Positions 13,495 through 27,510 of a DNA stretch of 64,000 nucleotides are shown in pieces. A program made the position numbers and the translations under genes. Numbering within the stretch: position 1 is the stretch's first letter; every line of letters starts with the position of its first letter. The DNA is from Podospora anserina (lineage: Eukaryota), in NCBI GenBank assembly GCA_017654855.1, contig CM030334.1, positions 3,596,001-3,660,000 of the forward strand, read 5' to 3'. The notes under the pieces are model-generated. The model was not told the DNA's origin, made no database searches, and was given only the letters and a program-made list of their open reading frames with translations.

Positions 13495-15459
13495 ATGCGT
13501 GAGATTATCAGCTTGAACGGTATGTTTTTTTTGCCCCGACCTGAAGCTCCTTTTTTTCTCAGCGTGGCGCGCGTCTTTGGCCTCACCGCATCGGTTGGGG
13601 GCACCTCGATATCGGCGCATACCACCGACTCAACACCCTTTTGGACGACTTTTGTGTTGATACTGACTTTCTCTGTCTATAGTCGGCCAGGCCGGTTGCC
13701 AGATCGCCAACTCCTGCTGGGAGGTATGTACAGCATCACCCCTCTCTCGACTCGTCCTCCTCCTCCCCGGTTGCCCGCATCGTCATCAGAGCTGCCTCGC
13801 CTCGTGACAACACACCAGGCGACATCATGACTTTCGATCTGCTCTGCTCGGCACCGATGAACACTACATTCGATATGCTTGATGGAATAGGGACTTTACT
13901 GACCTTACATGTTTAGCTGTACTGCCTTGAGCACGGCATCCAGGTATGCTCTCGTCCCCGATTTTTAGCGGTCGGAATATTGTGATACTGACCCGTTCAT
14001 ATCATTAGCCCGATGGATACCTCACTGAGGAGCGCAAGGCTGCTGACCCCGACCATGGCTTCAGCACTTTCTTCTCTGAGACTGGTGCGTACTTGGGACC
14101 TTTGATGATGTGTGCCCTCATATCTTTTGGCCCAGCTGACGGATGTATGCCCAAGCAGGAAATGGCAAATATGTTCCCCGGACAATCTACTGCGATCTCG
14201 AGCCCAACGTCGTCGATGAGGTCCGCACTGGTGCCTACCGTGGCCTCTTCCACCCCGAGCACATGATTACCGGAAAGGAGGACGCCTCCAACAACTATGC
14301 CCGCGGTCACTACACTGTCGGCAAGGAGCTTATTGATCAGGTGCTCGACAAGGTCCGCCGCGTGGCCGATAACTGCAGTGGTCTTCAGGGTTTCCTCGTT
14401 TTCCACTCCTTCGGTGGTGGTACCGGTTCCGGTTTCGGTGCTCTGTTGATGGAGCGCCTCTCGGTTGACTATGGCAAGAAGTCAAAGCTCGAGTTCTGCG
14501 TCTATCCTGCCCCCCAGACCGCTACCTCTGTTGTTGAGCCCTACAACTCTATTCTCACCACCCACACTACCCTTGAGCACGCCGACTGCTCCTTCATGGT
14601 CGACAACGAGGCCATCTACGATATCTGCCGTCGCAACCTTGGTCTCGAGCGCCCCAACTATGAGAACCTGAACCGTCTCATTGCTCAGGGTATGTTTTTC
14701 CAGAGCACCAGAGGTATTCTTTTTGACACCTGCTGACATATCTTCCAGTCGTTTCTTCCATTACCGCCTCGCTCCGTTTCGATGGCTCCCTGAACGTCGA
14801 TCTCAACGAGTTCCAGACCAACTTGGTCCCCTACCCCCGCATCCACTTCCCTCTGGTTGCTTATGCCCCCGTCATCTCGGCCGCCAAGGCTGCCCACGAG
14901 GCCAACAGCGTCCAGGAGATGACCATGTCTTGCTTCGAGCCCAACAACCAGATGGTCAAGTGCGACCCCCGCAATGGCAAGTACATGGCTACCTGCTTGT
15001 TGTACCGCGGTGACGTCGTCCCCAACGACGCCCACGCTGCCGTTGCCACCCTCAAGACCAAGCGCACCATCCAGTTCGTCGACTGGTGCCCTACCGGTTT
15101 CAAGCTTGGTATTTGCTACCAGCCCCCCCACCAGGTGCCCAACGGCGATCTGGCCAAGGTTAACCGTGCTGTGTATGTATACCCTGGCTGTTATATATTT
15201 TATTTTGTTACAACTTGCTAACTATGCCTCTAGCTGCATGCTTTCCAACACCACCGCCATTGCCGAGGCCTGGTCCGCTCTCTCTCACAAGTTCGATCTC
15301 ATGTACTCCAAGCGCGCCTTCGTCCACTGGTATGTTGGTGAGGGTATGGAGGAGGGTGAGTTCTCGGAGGCTCGCGAGGATCTTGCTGCTCTTGAGCGCG
15401 ATTACGAGGAGGTTGCTGCCGATTCGATGGAGGGTGAGGATGTCGAGGCCGAGTATTAA
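13495..15459 (+). CDS. tubA: Alpha-tubulin (6 introns)
   Basis: [41 protein letters not shown] motif, C-terminus EGEDVEAEY. Confidence 0.98.
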
Positions 15460-16530
15460 GTGTGGAAGCACGGAAGCTACGTGTGTGGATACTCCGTGGT
15501 GGCAAAGTTTGGTATGTTGATTGTGGGCGAATCACCTTGGACGAAGGGTTGTTGTTGTTGCACCGAGTCCTTTTAGTCATCCCCTTTAGGCCTGCGATAT
15601 CCCGTTGGCGAAAAGAGGCTCTCTGCGTTTTCATGGGTATACTTCCTTGGCAAGCGCGGACCCAGTGAATTTTATTTTGTTAGACGGAAAGTGAATAGTG
15701 AATTTTAATGGAGAACAGCAGAATACCTGGAGGGATATTATAATGTTGTCTTGTTTTGTTTTGTTTTGTTTGGGGAGTGGGACAGACTGTGTACATAGGA
15801 GAGATCCCCCGGAGTACAGTATTTGTTGTCACACCTAAATGGTACTTTTCCAAGTGATGCTCAATTATCGCGCATGTCTGCTTTCTGAGACCTGTACTAG
15901 CGAGGAGACGGGGTTATGTCTGCAACTGTCTGCAACAAGCTGCCATCTGCACCGTTGCTGCAGTTGCCGTTGGCTGTTGAGCTTGGGGGTTTACTGCAGC
16001 TCTGGCAGGACGAGCTTGGTTGGACCCTTGGGACCCAATCAAGGGTTGGGTTGCTGCCAAGGCGCTGTGACAGATCGAGGCATCCCCACTCTGCGGACTT
16101 TCCCGCCAGCTGTTTGGCTTCCAGGTTCCTCTCTGCTGCCCAAGGGAGCTTGGGGGAGTCGCAATCCCAGCCTCACGAACGTTGCCAGACCAGACCAGAC
16201 CGGACGGTTGATTTTCCCCCACTCGACCACTCAACCAGACTCGACATCGCAAACTACGAATGCGCATATGCCATAGTCCACTGCTATGCCCGCATGATTC
16301 TTGTTCTTTTGTTTTCTGATTCCTACTGAGCGTCTCTTTCGTCCATTTCCCTCTTGTAATACACGCATTTCCTTTTCCCGCGCACGAAACCGCGACTGCC
16401 AGCGAGCGACCCGACCAAGCACGAGAAACAGACATCAGCCACCACCACCACCACCACCACCGAAGAAGGACGACTGAGCAAAAAAACATTTGGTCTCTTT
16501 TCGCAACACACGGCACATCTGGTTCTCACC

Positions 16531-19500
16531 ATGGCCGAATCATCTTCTGCCGCCGCCGCCGATGCCGGTACGTGTTTTAAAAAGCAGTGGCAGACAGACC
16601 GGCGACTTTTTGGGCAACGGGGGCACGGGCTAACCGGAAATGATGGCTTTAGGGGCACCGAACCTCAACCTCACACCGGAAGAGAAACGAGTCTACGGCC
16701 AGCTGTTCCGAGCAGCTGATACAGAAAATGTTGGAGTTGTCACCGGAGAAGTTGCTGTCAAATTCTTTGAGAAGACAAGGCTAGATTCGAGAATCTTGGG
16801 CGAGGTTCGTGTTTCAGGGGCTGCATCCCCACCAGCCGATATTGTGACCTCACCAACAACGCTGACACTCTTGTTTTGTGATATTTCTACAGATTTGGCA
16901 GATTGCGGATAAAGAAAACAGAGGCTTCCTCACCCCGGCTGGGTTTGGCATCGTCTTGAGGCTCATTGGGCATGCACAGGCCGGCCGGGAACCAACTCCC
17001 GAGCTGGCTCTTCAGCAAGGTCCTATTCCACGATTCGATGGCTTCACACCGACCCCTGCCCCTATTCCACCGCCGCCCGCGGTTCAGGCCCAGGCCACGG
17101 GCGCCCCAGGTCCCATTCGCATCCCACCGCTGACTCCGGAGAAGGTTGCCCAGTATGCTGGCTTGTTCGAGAGACAGCCTCTTCAGGCTGGCGGTATGCT
17201 TCCTGGAGACCAGGCCAAGCAAATCTTTGAGAAATCTGGTCTTCCCAACGAGGTCCTGGGTCGTATCTGGATGCTTGCCGACACCGAACAGCGCGGCGCC
17301 CTCGTCTTGACCGAATTCGTTATCGCCATGCACTTGCTTTCTTCCATGAAGACTGGCGCGTTGCGCGGCTTGCCCAACATCCTGCCTGCGGCCCTTTACG
17401 AGGCGGCCACTCGCCGTGCACCGCTTGGCGCAAGCATCCCCAGACAACAGTCCCCCACAACGGCTACACCACCCATCTCGGCCGTCCCACGACAGCTCAC
17501 CGGCCCAGCGCCCTTGCAGCAGATGCGCACCGGAAGTCCCCTTGGCCGCCCCCCGATTGTTGCGCAAACGACTGGAGACTGGCTGGTTACTCCACAGGAC
17601 AAGGCTCGGTTTGATCAACTGTACGAGGAGCTCGACAAGTCAAAGAAGGGATTCATTACTGGTGAAGAAGCTGTCGGGTTTTTCAGTCAGTCCAATCTTT
17701 CCGAGGATGCTCTGGCCCAGATTTGGGATCTGGCCGATATCAACTCTGCGGGCCGCTTGACCAGGGACGAGTTCGCCGTCGCCATGTATCTTATCCGACA
17801 GCAACGCACCAAGCCAGGCGCCCATACTTTGCCGACCACCCTCCCCGCCAACCTCATCCCACCGAGCATGCGGGCGCAGGTTGTTAGACCCCCAACAGCC
17901 ACCGGCGCTTCAGCTTTTGACGCACCCCCACGACCTCAGCCAAAGCCATCTGCGCTCGAAGACTTGTTTGGGCTGGATGATCCTCAGCCGCCAGCGCCAG
18001 CTCAGGTGGCTTTGGCTACAGGCGGATCGGCTGGTGGTGATCCCTTTGCTACTAGCATGAGCCCTGTTGCCCCTACGTCACCAGCCAGACCGTCTCCCAA
18101 CACCTCGACATTCAAGCCTTTTGTTCCGTCCTCTTCCTTTGGCCGCGGCCTTACCACACAGCCTACCGGTGGCTCCAATGCGTCCGCTGCAGGTTCCGTG
18201 ACTAGTCTCCCGATGAGACCTCCTGCTCCCTCCTTTGAAGACGACCTGCTTGGTGATGCCGAGCCCGAGGTTAGCAAGAACTTGTCGAGCGAGACTACTG
18301 AGCTTGCCAACCTGTCCAACCAGATTGGTTCTTTGACCAAGCAAGTGCAGGATGTGCAGGGTCAACGTGCGGCTACCCAGAATGAGCTCAGCCAGTCCAG
18401 CATCCAGAAGAAGAACTTTGAGCAGCGTCTGGCTCAGCTGCGCGCCATGTACGAGAAGGAAGCGCAGGATGTCCGGTCGCTCGAGACGCAGCTTACCGCC
18501 TCCAAGAATGAGACCAAGAAGCTCCAGACCGAGTTTGCCATGATTGATGCTAGCTATCAAGACATCCAGAACCAGCACCGAACCGTTGTGGCGGCCCTGC
18601 AGGCGGATCAACAGGAAAACGCAAGCCTTAAGGAGCGGATCCGGGCAGTGAATGCCGAGATTGCGCAGCTGAAGCCTCAGGTCGAGAAGCTCAAGTCCGA
18701 GGCCAGACAGCAAAAGGGGCTTGTCGCTATCAACAAGAAGCAGCTCGCCACCAACGAGGGTGAACGGGACAAGCTGAAGACGGAGGTGGAGGAGCTCACC
18801 AAGAGCAACGAGGAGCTTGCCCGCCAGGCCAACAGCAGTTCGCCTGGTTTGGCTCAAGTCGGAAGCCCGGCCCTTTCCACCACGAGCGCTAATAACCCTT
18901 TCTTCCGGAGGACGGGAAGCACCGATATCACCGGGGCTTTTGCCTCGCCCCCCATTCGGTCCTTTAGCAACCAGAGCTTCGATGATGTCTTTGGGCCCAG
19001 TCTGAACGTCCGTGATACGAGCACCCCTCCTCCTCAGCCCGCCAGTGCTATTCCAGCACAATTCACCGGAACCTCCACTGGCAGCGGATCATTTGCGACA
19101 CCTGGCTCGAGCAGCCCTAATGTTAGCCGCCAAGCCACCGTCGCGACCGACTCACCTACAGTCCCGGAACCTAGGCAGATCAACTCTACCTTTCTGCCAT
19201 TTCCCGAACCCACCGACTCCCTGAGCACCTCCCGCCAGGCTTCGCCGGCCTTGAGCCGCCCCGAGACTCACCAGGAGTCCCAACCCATCAGGGCTGCTTC
19301 GCCTATTGAGGCTCTCAAGACGGGACAGAGCTTTGCCTCTGGCTCGGGCTCCGACCGGCCAAGAGCCCCCTCGGTCGCTTCGGATAAGCCTTCCAACGTC
19401 TTTGGTTCTGTTCCCGAAGAGACGATCCAGCGTCCCGCCACCAGTGGTAACGTGGACCCCTTCGCCGTGGACCAACAAAAGGCCAAGGAGGACTTTGAGT

Positions 19501-20693
19501 CGGCCTTTGCCAGCTTCAAGCAGGCCAAGGCTGCCGCTCCCGCCTCGTCGGGCGCGGATGCGACCAAGGCATTCTCAACCTTCAACAACGAATTCCCTCC
19601 CATCTCGGAACTCGAGCGTGACGACGAGTCGGACAGTGAGAGTGAGCGCGGCGGGTTCGACGATGACTTTGCGCCAGTTTCGCCGGCCACCAAGCCGGTC
19701 GAGAAGAGCATCGAGTCTCGATCTGCCTCCCCAACTATCACCACCAAGTCTGCACCAGACGCTGCTGTGGCCGCGGGATCCTCCCAGAGCCCAGCTCCTG
19801 AGCAGCAAGCTGCGAGGTACGACCAACGTCGTTTAGTCTCGTTTTCGCTCCAGCCCACCCTTCATTATTACACAGAGACTGACATTATTTGCAGCGAGAA
19901 ACCTGCCGCCGCCACTACGGCCTCGTCCACTAACCTGACCAAGCTCTCCAGCTCGAATGTAGACGACATCTTTGGCTCAGCTCTCGCAGCCCAGCCTGCT
20001 GCCGCTGCAACGAACAACCGCCCGAGCACTGCGACTGCTCCTGCGCCCAAGGGTGCGTTTGACGATCTTGATGACGATTTCGAGGGTCTCGAGGATGCCA
20101 AGGAGGGTTCCGCCGACGATGACTTTGCCAACATCTCCCGGTCCGGTCTCGACGACTTCAACCCCGTCTTTGACAGCAGCCCGCCGCCAAGCCAGCCCAA
20201 GAGCGACTCGGCCGCCACCAGCGGAGCCTTTGGTGGTGAGAGCAGCTTCGACTTCGCCTCACTATCGACCACTTCGGCCGCCAACAGCACGGCTGGTCCC
20301 GCGTCTGCTTCGGGCCCTGGCAAAGCCAAGGGTGATGCCCACGACTGGGATGCCATTTTTGCCGGTCTAGATGAGACCCCCACTGCATCGTCAGTGACGC
20401 TGGCCAGTGGCAACGAAAACGCCAAGGAGGCTCCGGCAAGGCCGGCTGCTGGGAGGACGCTGACGGAGGAGGGGGAGCACGATGATCCGATCCTGAAGAA
20501 CCTCACGAGTATGGGGTACTCCCGGACGGATGCGCTAGCGGCGCTGGAGAAGTATGATAACAATTTGGAGAGGGTAAGCAGCAAGACCAAGAATGGATTT
20601 CCTTCTCAGAGCAGGAGGGTGAGGACGTGAGGCTGACCAAAGGTTTTCTTTCTTTTCTTTTAGGCTGCGAATTATCTTGCCAGTCAGTCTTAG
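16531..20693 (+). CDS. EDE1: EH-domain/UBA endocytic scaffold (Ede1/Eps15)
   Basis: Three EH domains (LGEIWQIAD, LGRIWMLAD, LAQIWDLAD), a coiled coil, DPF/NPF motifs and a C-terminal UBA (MGYSRTDALAALEKYDNNLER/AANYL). Confidence 0.93.
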
Positions 20694-21435
20694 GCACATT
20701 TCGCAGTTGGAGTAGTTCCGATGAGAGATTTTCTCTTGGATCTTGTTGCGATCTTGATGGGGAAAGGAGCGAGGGGGGAGGGGCGGATGCAGAGGGAGGA
20801 TTCGTTGGTTATTTGGTTGGGTGGCTGTCAGTTGGTTGTCTGTCTTTGATGATGAGTGATACCTTTTCCTTTGTCTTTTCTACCCATTTTCTCTTGTTGG
20901 AACAAGATGTCGTTCCATCACCACCACTACTCTCTGTCCTGCTGGCCATTTTTGCGCTGCATTAGCTGGATACATCACTCTCTCTCTAAACACACGTTTT
21001 TCCTTAATGCTTAATTCATTGTCTCTTCACTTCTCTCTATATCTTGTACTATCTGTGCCTGTCGAGGTACTGTTGGGGGATTTCTTTCTGCAGTGTATAC
21101 TTTACCTTCTGTAGCGTAGTTAAGTGTATATCCTAACTTATCCGTGTTTGGTCTTTTTCTTCCCTTGAGTTGCTGCCCCGTTTCTTGTGGTTACCATGGT
21201 GAATGTTGGTTGTATGTGAGTGATTTGTGTGGGGCTGGCTGTTATGGGAGGTGGATCCAATGAGATGCCACAGAATGTCTACCCCGCGCCAAGACCGATT
21301 CCAAGCGGCAGGGGTTAGTATTTACAAAGTCATCATCTTTTTGCCCCTCCAAAACTTTTTTTGTTTGTTTGCCGCAACCAAAGGACCCAAGAACAACAAC
21401 AACCTTTTCACCGCGACGAAAGCGAGGGAGACAAA

Positions 21436-21702
21436 ATGGCCGACGACGACGAGCAGCTCTCCATCTACGACGAGGTCGAGATCGAGGACATGACGTTTGA
21501 CGAGGCGCTGCAGACGTACCACTACCCGTGTCCTTGCGGCGACAAGTTTGAGATTGCGCTTTGCGACTTGCAGGACGGGGCGGACATTGCTGTCTGTCCG
21601 AGTTGCAGCTTGATGATTAGGGTTATTTTTGAGGTGGAGGATTTGCCCGGGGGAGGAGGGAAGGGGGTTGAAGGGGGGAAGGCGGTGGCTGTTTCTGCTT
21701 AG
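21436..21702 (+). CDS. DPH3: Diphthamide biosynthesis protein 3 (CSL zinc finger)
   Basis: IYDEVEIEDMTFD...YHYPCPCGDKFEI...AVCPSCSLMIRV. Confidence 0.95.
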   Translation: MADDDEQLSIYDEVEIEDMTFDEALQTYHYPCPCGDKFEIALCDLQDGADIAVCPSCSLMIRVIFEVEDLPGGGGKGVEGGKAVAVSA

Positions 21703-22082
21703 AGGGCTGGGAAAACAGAAGGATAGTAAAGCTGAGAGATTTGGGCTGGTGGATAGGTGACAGGGGCGATCGAGCGAACGAACGGAGGAGACTTCACCGA
21801 TCGAAACCCGCGAGGCGAGCAGAACAATTTCGAGGCTTTTGTTATATGGTCGGTGGCAACAAACTTGTCCCAGCAAAATTCGAGAACTCAGTGATGACGA
21901 AAAAGTGTTGGGAATTAGAATTGGTTGTGGTACAAATTCTTCAACATCTGATTCCTTCACATGTCCTTATGTACAATACATTACAACCCCTTCCATCACT
22001 ACTACTGCCGCTATCATCACCACGACGATCCCTTCCCCATCTCACTACCATCACAACTACCACCACCAGCATTGCCTCAAAT

Positions 22083-22489
22083 TCACACCAACCCCACAGC
22101 CATAACAGCAAACACGACCAGCCCCGCCAGAGGCCCCTCCAGCCCAGCAACGTTGCTACCCGCCGCGTTGGTAGGGACGACAGAGGCGGTTGCTATTGTT
22201 TTTCTACCGTCAGCTTGGGTCTCTCAACGGCGAGCTCATATCTTGTGGGGAAGATGGTGACAACAACAGTGGGCAACGAAACCCGAGAAGAAAAGGGCAA
22301 GGAGGAAAGGGGAAAGGGCAACAGACTGGTAACAGCCGGCGTGGCGGTGGTCGTCGTGGAAGACGGGAAAACGGTCGTCGCCGAGGTGATGGTGGAGACG
22401 GAGCCGGTTTCGGTGCTCGTCGTGGTTGTTTGACCTGACACGAGGGCTGCGGCGCCGAGAGCGACGAGTCCGGAGGAGGTGAAGCGCAT
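22083..22489 (-). CDS. Small secreted Thr-rich, probably GPI-anchored protein (intron about 22193-22326)
   Basis: Signal MRFTSSGLVALGAAALVSG, T-rich body, spliced tail VPTNAAGSNVAGLEGPLAGLVVFAVMAVGLV*. The donor GTCTGT is weak. Confidence 0.7.
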
Positions 22490-23250
22490 TTTGTTGAGTC
22501 GGGGAGGGTGTTGGGTTGGGTTGGGTTGGGTTTGGGTTTGGGTATCTAGGGGTATCAAGAGGATATTTTTGAGTAAAAAAAGATTGGGGATATTTATTAC
22601 AGACACAGAGTGAGTGAAGATGTCAAGGAAGAAGAGAATAGATCAGTGAGGGGACTAGGGGACGAAAGGTATTTGAGGAGAGGGGAAAGAAAGGGTAGGT
22701 GATGATTCATAGCGATGGAATGGGAGATATCATCCGAAGACTGCAGATTGTGAGTAGAGGGAGAAAACATCATGCTTCCGTTATGAGTTGGACATATCCC
22801 TGTCAAGTCTGACAGTTTTGGAAATAAAATCCCTGATATTTGACAGTCGGAAAGACTCCGTTTCCCTTCCCTCGCATCCAAGTCGATAGAGCGCATGCAG
22901 CACGAGGAATTCCCAAGACTTGCCTCTCCCAAGACTTGCCTCGCGGGGGTCAGCTCCGGCACTAATAACTCCAAGCTTCCGCAGCTCGCAGGGAGAACAG
23001 CCTGTGATATAGCTGTGATGTCAAGCGGTGTCTTTGACCCCTTACCACATTCAAATCCAGAACTCGTCATCAGACGCACACCCTTCTTCCAAAATCTGGA
23101 TAAGAAAATTGTCAAAGCGAGTCTCTTTTATAACCTATCCTAGGCAATGCCGCGACCAAAGAAACTTGAGACGCTGAACCCCGTCATAGCGCTGGAATAT
23201 GACTCCTTTTCATTTCCCATTTTACCATTTTTTCTTACTCCCGCCTACAC

Positions 23251-26200
23251 CTATACGTTGGTAAAGAAGAAGCTTGGCTGGCCGGGCAGGGCAGCTTCGG
23301 CAACAGGAGCAGTGACCTCCACCTCCGCACTATTGGCAGTCAGGTCCTTGCCCTGCTTGCTTCCCTCCTGCACGGCAACGATCTGGACTGACTCGAGACC
23401 GGCAGCGCGCTTGAGACCTGGGACCATGGCCTAGAAATGAATTGTTAGTTACCTTATCTTTCTTCCTAGGCAGAACGAGGGTTTACTCACCAAAAGAGTC
23501 TTCTTCTCATCAAACGCCAGCTTGCGCTCCAGCACAGCGCTGGCAGGCTCGCCATCTCTCAGACGCTTCTTCAGGGCCTGCACAAAAGGCATAGCCTTCT
23601 TCATCTCGCCCATCTTGCCGATGCGGCCGTTGAGCTCCTTGTCGTCAATCTTTTGGCTGTTGGTAGCCGGATCCCAGACCTCCTTCAGCAGCTCAATGTA
23701 CTTGGCCTGCCACGTGGGGAAGTCCTCAGTCAAGAAAATTGTGAGCTTCTTGGGCTTCTTGGGGTCAAAGTCACTTTGTCTGCCCTTGGCCATCTTCTTG
23801 AGCTGAGAAGCCTCAGCAGAGTTGATGTTGGAGGACGTCTGGCGGACGTACTCGCGGGCCGCCGTGAGGCCAGCGTCCGAAGCAGGCACGTCAGGCCACC
23901 TCGCGAACTGGATGGAAGTCTTCTCGCCGAGAATCTCTTGCCAGACGAAGTCGGCCCAGTGGGGGGCAATGGGGGTGAGCAGAAGAGCCTGGAGTCTGAT
24001 GTACTTGAACACGAGGTCCTTGTGAAGAGGAATACCGGCAGCGGTACAGGCCTCACGGTAGGTGTCACGGGCGTTGAGGAAGTCGTAGTGGCCGGCCTTG
24101 AGGGCAAGCTTGTACGAGGTCTCCTCGTAGTGCTTCTTGGCCTCAGCAACCAGGGCGTTCATCTCGTTGTCGAACAAGACGTCCTGGAAGTCGTTGAGCT
24201 CACCAGTTCTCAGACTCTCGTCCTTGACAGTCTCCTCGATCCACTCCTTGTTGGTGTAGAATCGGAGAATGGTGTTGTCGGCAACATCCTCGACGAAGTT
24301 GGAGTCGGCAATGGTATCGCCAGCATCGGCAAGAGCCACACGGGCGGCATCGGCACCGTACTTCTTGACGACGTCATCCAAAGTCATGAAGTTGCCAGTG
24401 GACTTGGCCATCTTGGCACCGTTGAGCTGGAGATGGCCGTTGGCACGGACCGACTTGGGCCAGAACTCGCGGGGGAAGAGGGCGATGTGATTGTAGAGCC
24501 AGAAGGTGAGATGGTTGGGAATCAAGTCCTTACCGCTGACACGGAGGTCAAGAGGGTAGAAGTACTCGAAATCTCTGCGCATCCCCTGAAGGGTCTCCTT
24601 GGGGATACCGGACTTGGTAACAAGCTCATCAGTCAACTGTGTCCTGGCAAAGACATAGTCCCAGACCTCATCAATCATCTGCTCAGGGGCAATCTTGCCC
24701 TTGCCCTGCTCGCGGCCGAACAAGTCGGTGTGAAGCCATGGCACAAGAGTGTAGTAGGCCATGTAGATCGTAGAATCACTCAAACTCTCCACAAGGAAGG
24801 TGGGATCCCAAGGAAGCTTGGAGCCCAGGCCATAGGTTCTCGCGCAAGCCCACTGTTTCAGCCAGTTAAGCACTCCCTTGAAGGCATGCTGAGTGTCAGG
24901 AGAGTAGGTCTCGAGACCCTTGCCATCCTTATTCTCGACATAGTCATAGGCAATAGTGCGCCATGAGTCCTCGCCATAGTCAATGTACCACTGGTCCATG
25001 AGAGCAACAGTGCACTCATCACCAGATCTGGACACCACCTTGTTCTCGGGCTCGGAGTAGGCAAAAGCCTCACCAGCCTTGATCAGCTGCTCTCTGACCT
25101 TGGGCTTGGCAGCCTCAACCTTCTCGCCGGCAAACTCGCCGACCTTCATGACACCCTGGTAGAAACCCTCCTTGTACGCAAGCTCCTTGGCCTCCAGAAG
25201 CTGCTTGGCATCCTTGGGAGAGGCAATCTTGAGCTTCTTAACGAGGTAGGGAGCCAGAAGATCGGAGGTAGGGGTCTGAATGATGGGGATAATCTCCAAC
25301 TCAGCCCACTCCTTCTTGATGCCGTAGAAGTCGGCCTTCTTGGCAAGCTCAGTAACCATAGCATAATCATCTGGGGAGTCGGACGGCACGGATGTGACCA
25401 CACCGGTACCCTTGGTAGCAAGGACAGACTCCATGGGCAAAACGCGAACCTCCTTGTGGAAAGACAGAGGAGCATTTACGACGGTTCCGATAAGGTCAGA
25501 GCCCAAGACATCGGCGGCCTTTTCAGGAACGCCCTCCTTCTCGAAGATGCCCTGGTACGCCATGTTTCTGGCAGCACGCTCGGTGATGACAAAGTACTCC
25601 TTTTCAGAAGCCTTATACAAACCGTAGGTGATGCTGGGGCCGACAAAGCAGCAGGTTTGACCATACATGGTCTCGGCTCTGAGGGTAGCAGGCACAAGGT
25701 ACACCTTGGCGTCCTCGGGAATCTTGCCTTTGACAGCCTCGGCGGCCTTGGGAGCCCACTCAACGACCTTGAGCTTGAGAGCAGTGTACTCCTGAGGGAG
25801 GACACCCTCACCTTCACTTCGGTCGTGGTCCATGCAGGGCTGGCCGTCCTTGATGGAGTAGATTGTGTAACGCTTGCCGAACTTGATCTTCTCGAGCTCC
25901 TTCAAGCGGACCATTTGCCACCTGACGAAGGCATCGTAGTAGGGGTTCGCATCGGTCGTTACGAACTGACGTCTCCAGTCGATACGGGCACCAAAGTTGG
26001 TGAGATCCTTCTTGCACTCTGGTGGGAAGAACTGGAGCCAGTACTGAGGGTCGGCAAAGTGGTGAATCTCCTCCAGCGGAATGCCGACAGAGTTGAGGAT
26101 CTGGAACTGATACTTGGCCTTGACGGTCTTCGCCGCGGCCTTGCCCTTCTTGGCATTGAACTTGGACAAGTCGTCCTTTGGCCCCTTGGCAGCGACAGGA

Positions 26201-26979
26201 GCCTCCTCAACCTCGTCCTCCTCCTTGTAGTTCTCGAAATCACGACCGAACATTTGGACTTCCTTCACGAGCTTGTCGGCGGAGGCCTTGATGGGAAGAC
26301 CGGTGCAGTGGTAACCGAGGGGGAACAGGGTACGCTTGCCCTGCATCCTGGCGTAACCGGCATGGAACTCGACTATGCAAGGTTAGTACGCAATGCGCTG
26401 AGTTGGATATTAGAGGTTTCGTACTCTTGCTGAAGCTGAAAGCATGGCCAGCGTGGAGACGGCCGTTCATATAAGCTATACGATCAGTCAGTGAACAGTC
26501 CATGTATATGCCAGTCCGGGAACAAACATACGGTATGCGATTGTACCAAAGAACTTGGGGAACCTGTCGAGCTGTATTAGTGTCCATATCCCAAACCATG
26601 CGCAAACTCCTTTCCAGGTCTGAAATCCCCCCTCTCCTTCCAATCTGATATCTGCCTCTTTATTCCAGAAAGTTGAACGTACTTCTCGCGCAGCTCATCG
26701 GCGGTGATGGACTCCAGGGGAAACTCGTCGATAGATGGCGCATCGACCTCGAACACATGGTCCTCCTCCCACTTTTGCTGGTATCTCTGCAGATCAAGGC
26801 GCATTGGCCGTGAGTTAGCCCAGCTCCCATAGCCTCCTGATAGGTGTATTTGTCTCAGGTGGAAGGCGCACCTTTTCAATCTCAATAAGGGTATCTCTCT
26901 TCTCGGTACCCCTGAGCTCCTTGGTCTTGGAGGAGACAGCCAAGGTCTCCATGGCCTTGGGCAGAGTGGTGTCGGCCAT
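23251..26979 (-). CDS. CDC60: Cytosolic leucyl-tRNA synthetase (several small 5' exons and one 3' intron)
   Basis: PYMNGRLHAGH (HIGH motif), editing-domain KGTGVVTSVPSDSPDD, SGKDLIPNHL, KMAKS (KMSKS variant). Confidence 0.96.
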
Positions 26980-27152
26980 ACTGTGGTTGTTGTCGCAAAA
27001 CTCCGAATCGTTCGTTCGCACCGGCTTGCTAGAATTGGATATGTGTAAGTGGTGGTATGAAAGGGAACGGTTTCTTGGGGGCAGAAATAAACCGGGGGCC
27101 CGATTTCGCAACAGCGGCAACAGGCAGGGGACTACACACCTTGGACTTGTTT

Positions 27153-27217
27153 TGAGTCAGGGACACGGGAACCTCACACACGCTCTCGTAGGCAGGGGAA
27201 ATTTTGGCGGATGACTC
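27153..27217. promoter_or_regulatory. Putative Gcn4/CPC-1 sites upstream of LeuRS
   Basis: Perfect TGAGTCA at 27153-27159 and TGACTC at 27212-27217, 170-240 nt upstream of the LeuRS ATG. Aminoacyl-tRNA synthetases are typical cross-pathway-control targets. Confidence 0.55.
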
Positions 27218-27510
27218 CGCTGTCCGGCTGGCGACGGTACGGCACCATGGAATGGAGGGGCAAGAGCGCAACGCGGGGTTAATTCAAAAATCAGAGTGGG
27301 GAATAACCCACCAAACAACTGTGGCGGGCAGGGGTTAGCTGTGGCTTCTACCGGGATTCTAGCCACAGTTCAACCCAGCTTTGCCGTCAGGGCAATTATT
27401 TCTCTTGGCATTTTATAACGGTCATCGTCAGTCTTGGAGTCAATTCCATCCAAGTCTTGTCTTCGATAGCTCCCCCGTTTTCACAGCTCAGACATATCGC
27501 GCAGCCCACC

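Noticed and set aside
23653..26433. Long antisense ORFs (437 and 325 aa) over LeuRS, and similar ones over Ede1, tubulin and xylanase
   Set aside because: Shadow frames caused by strong codon bias.
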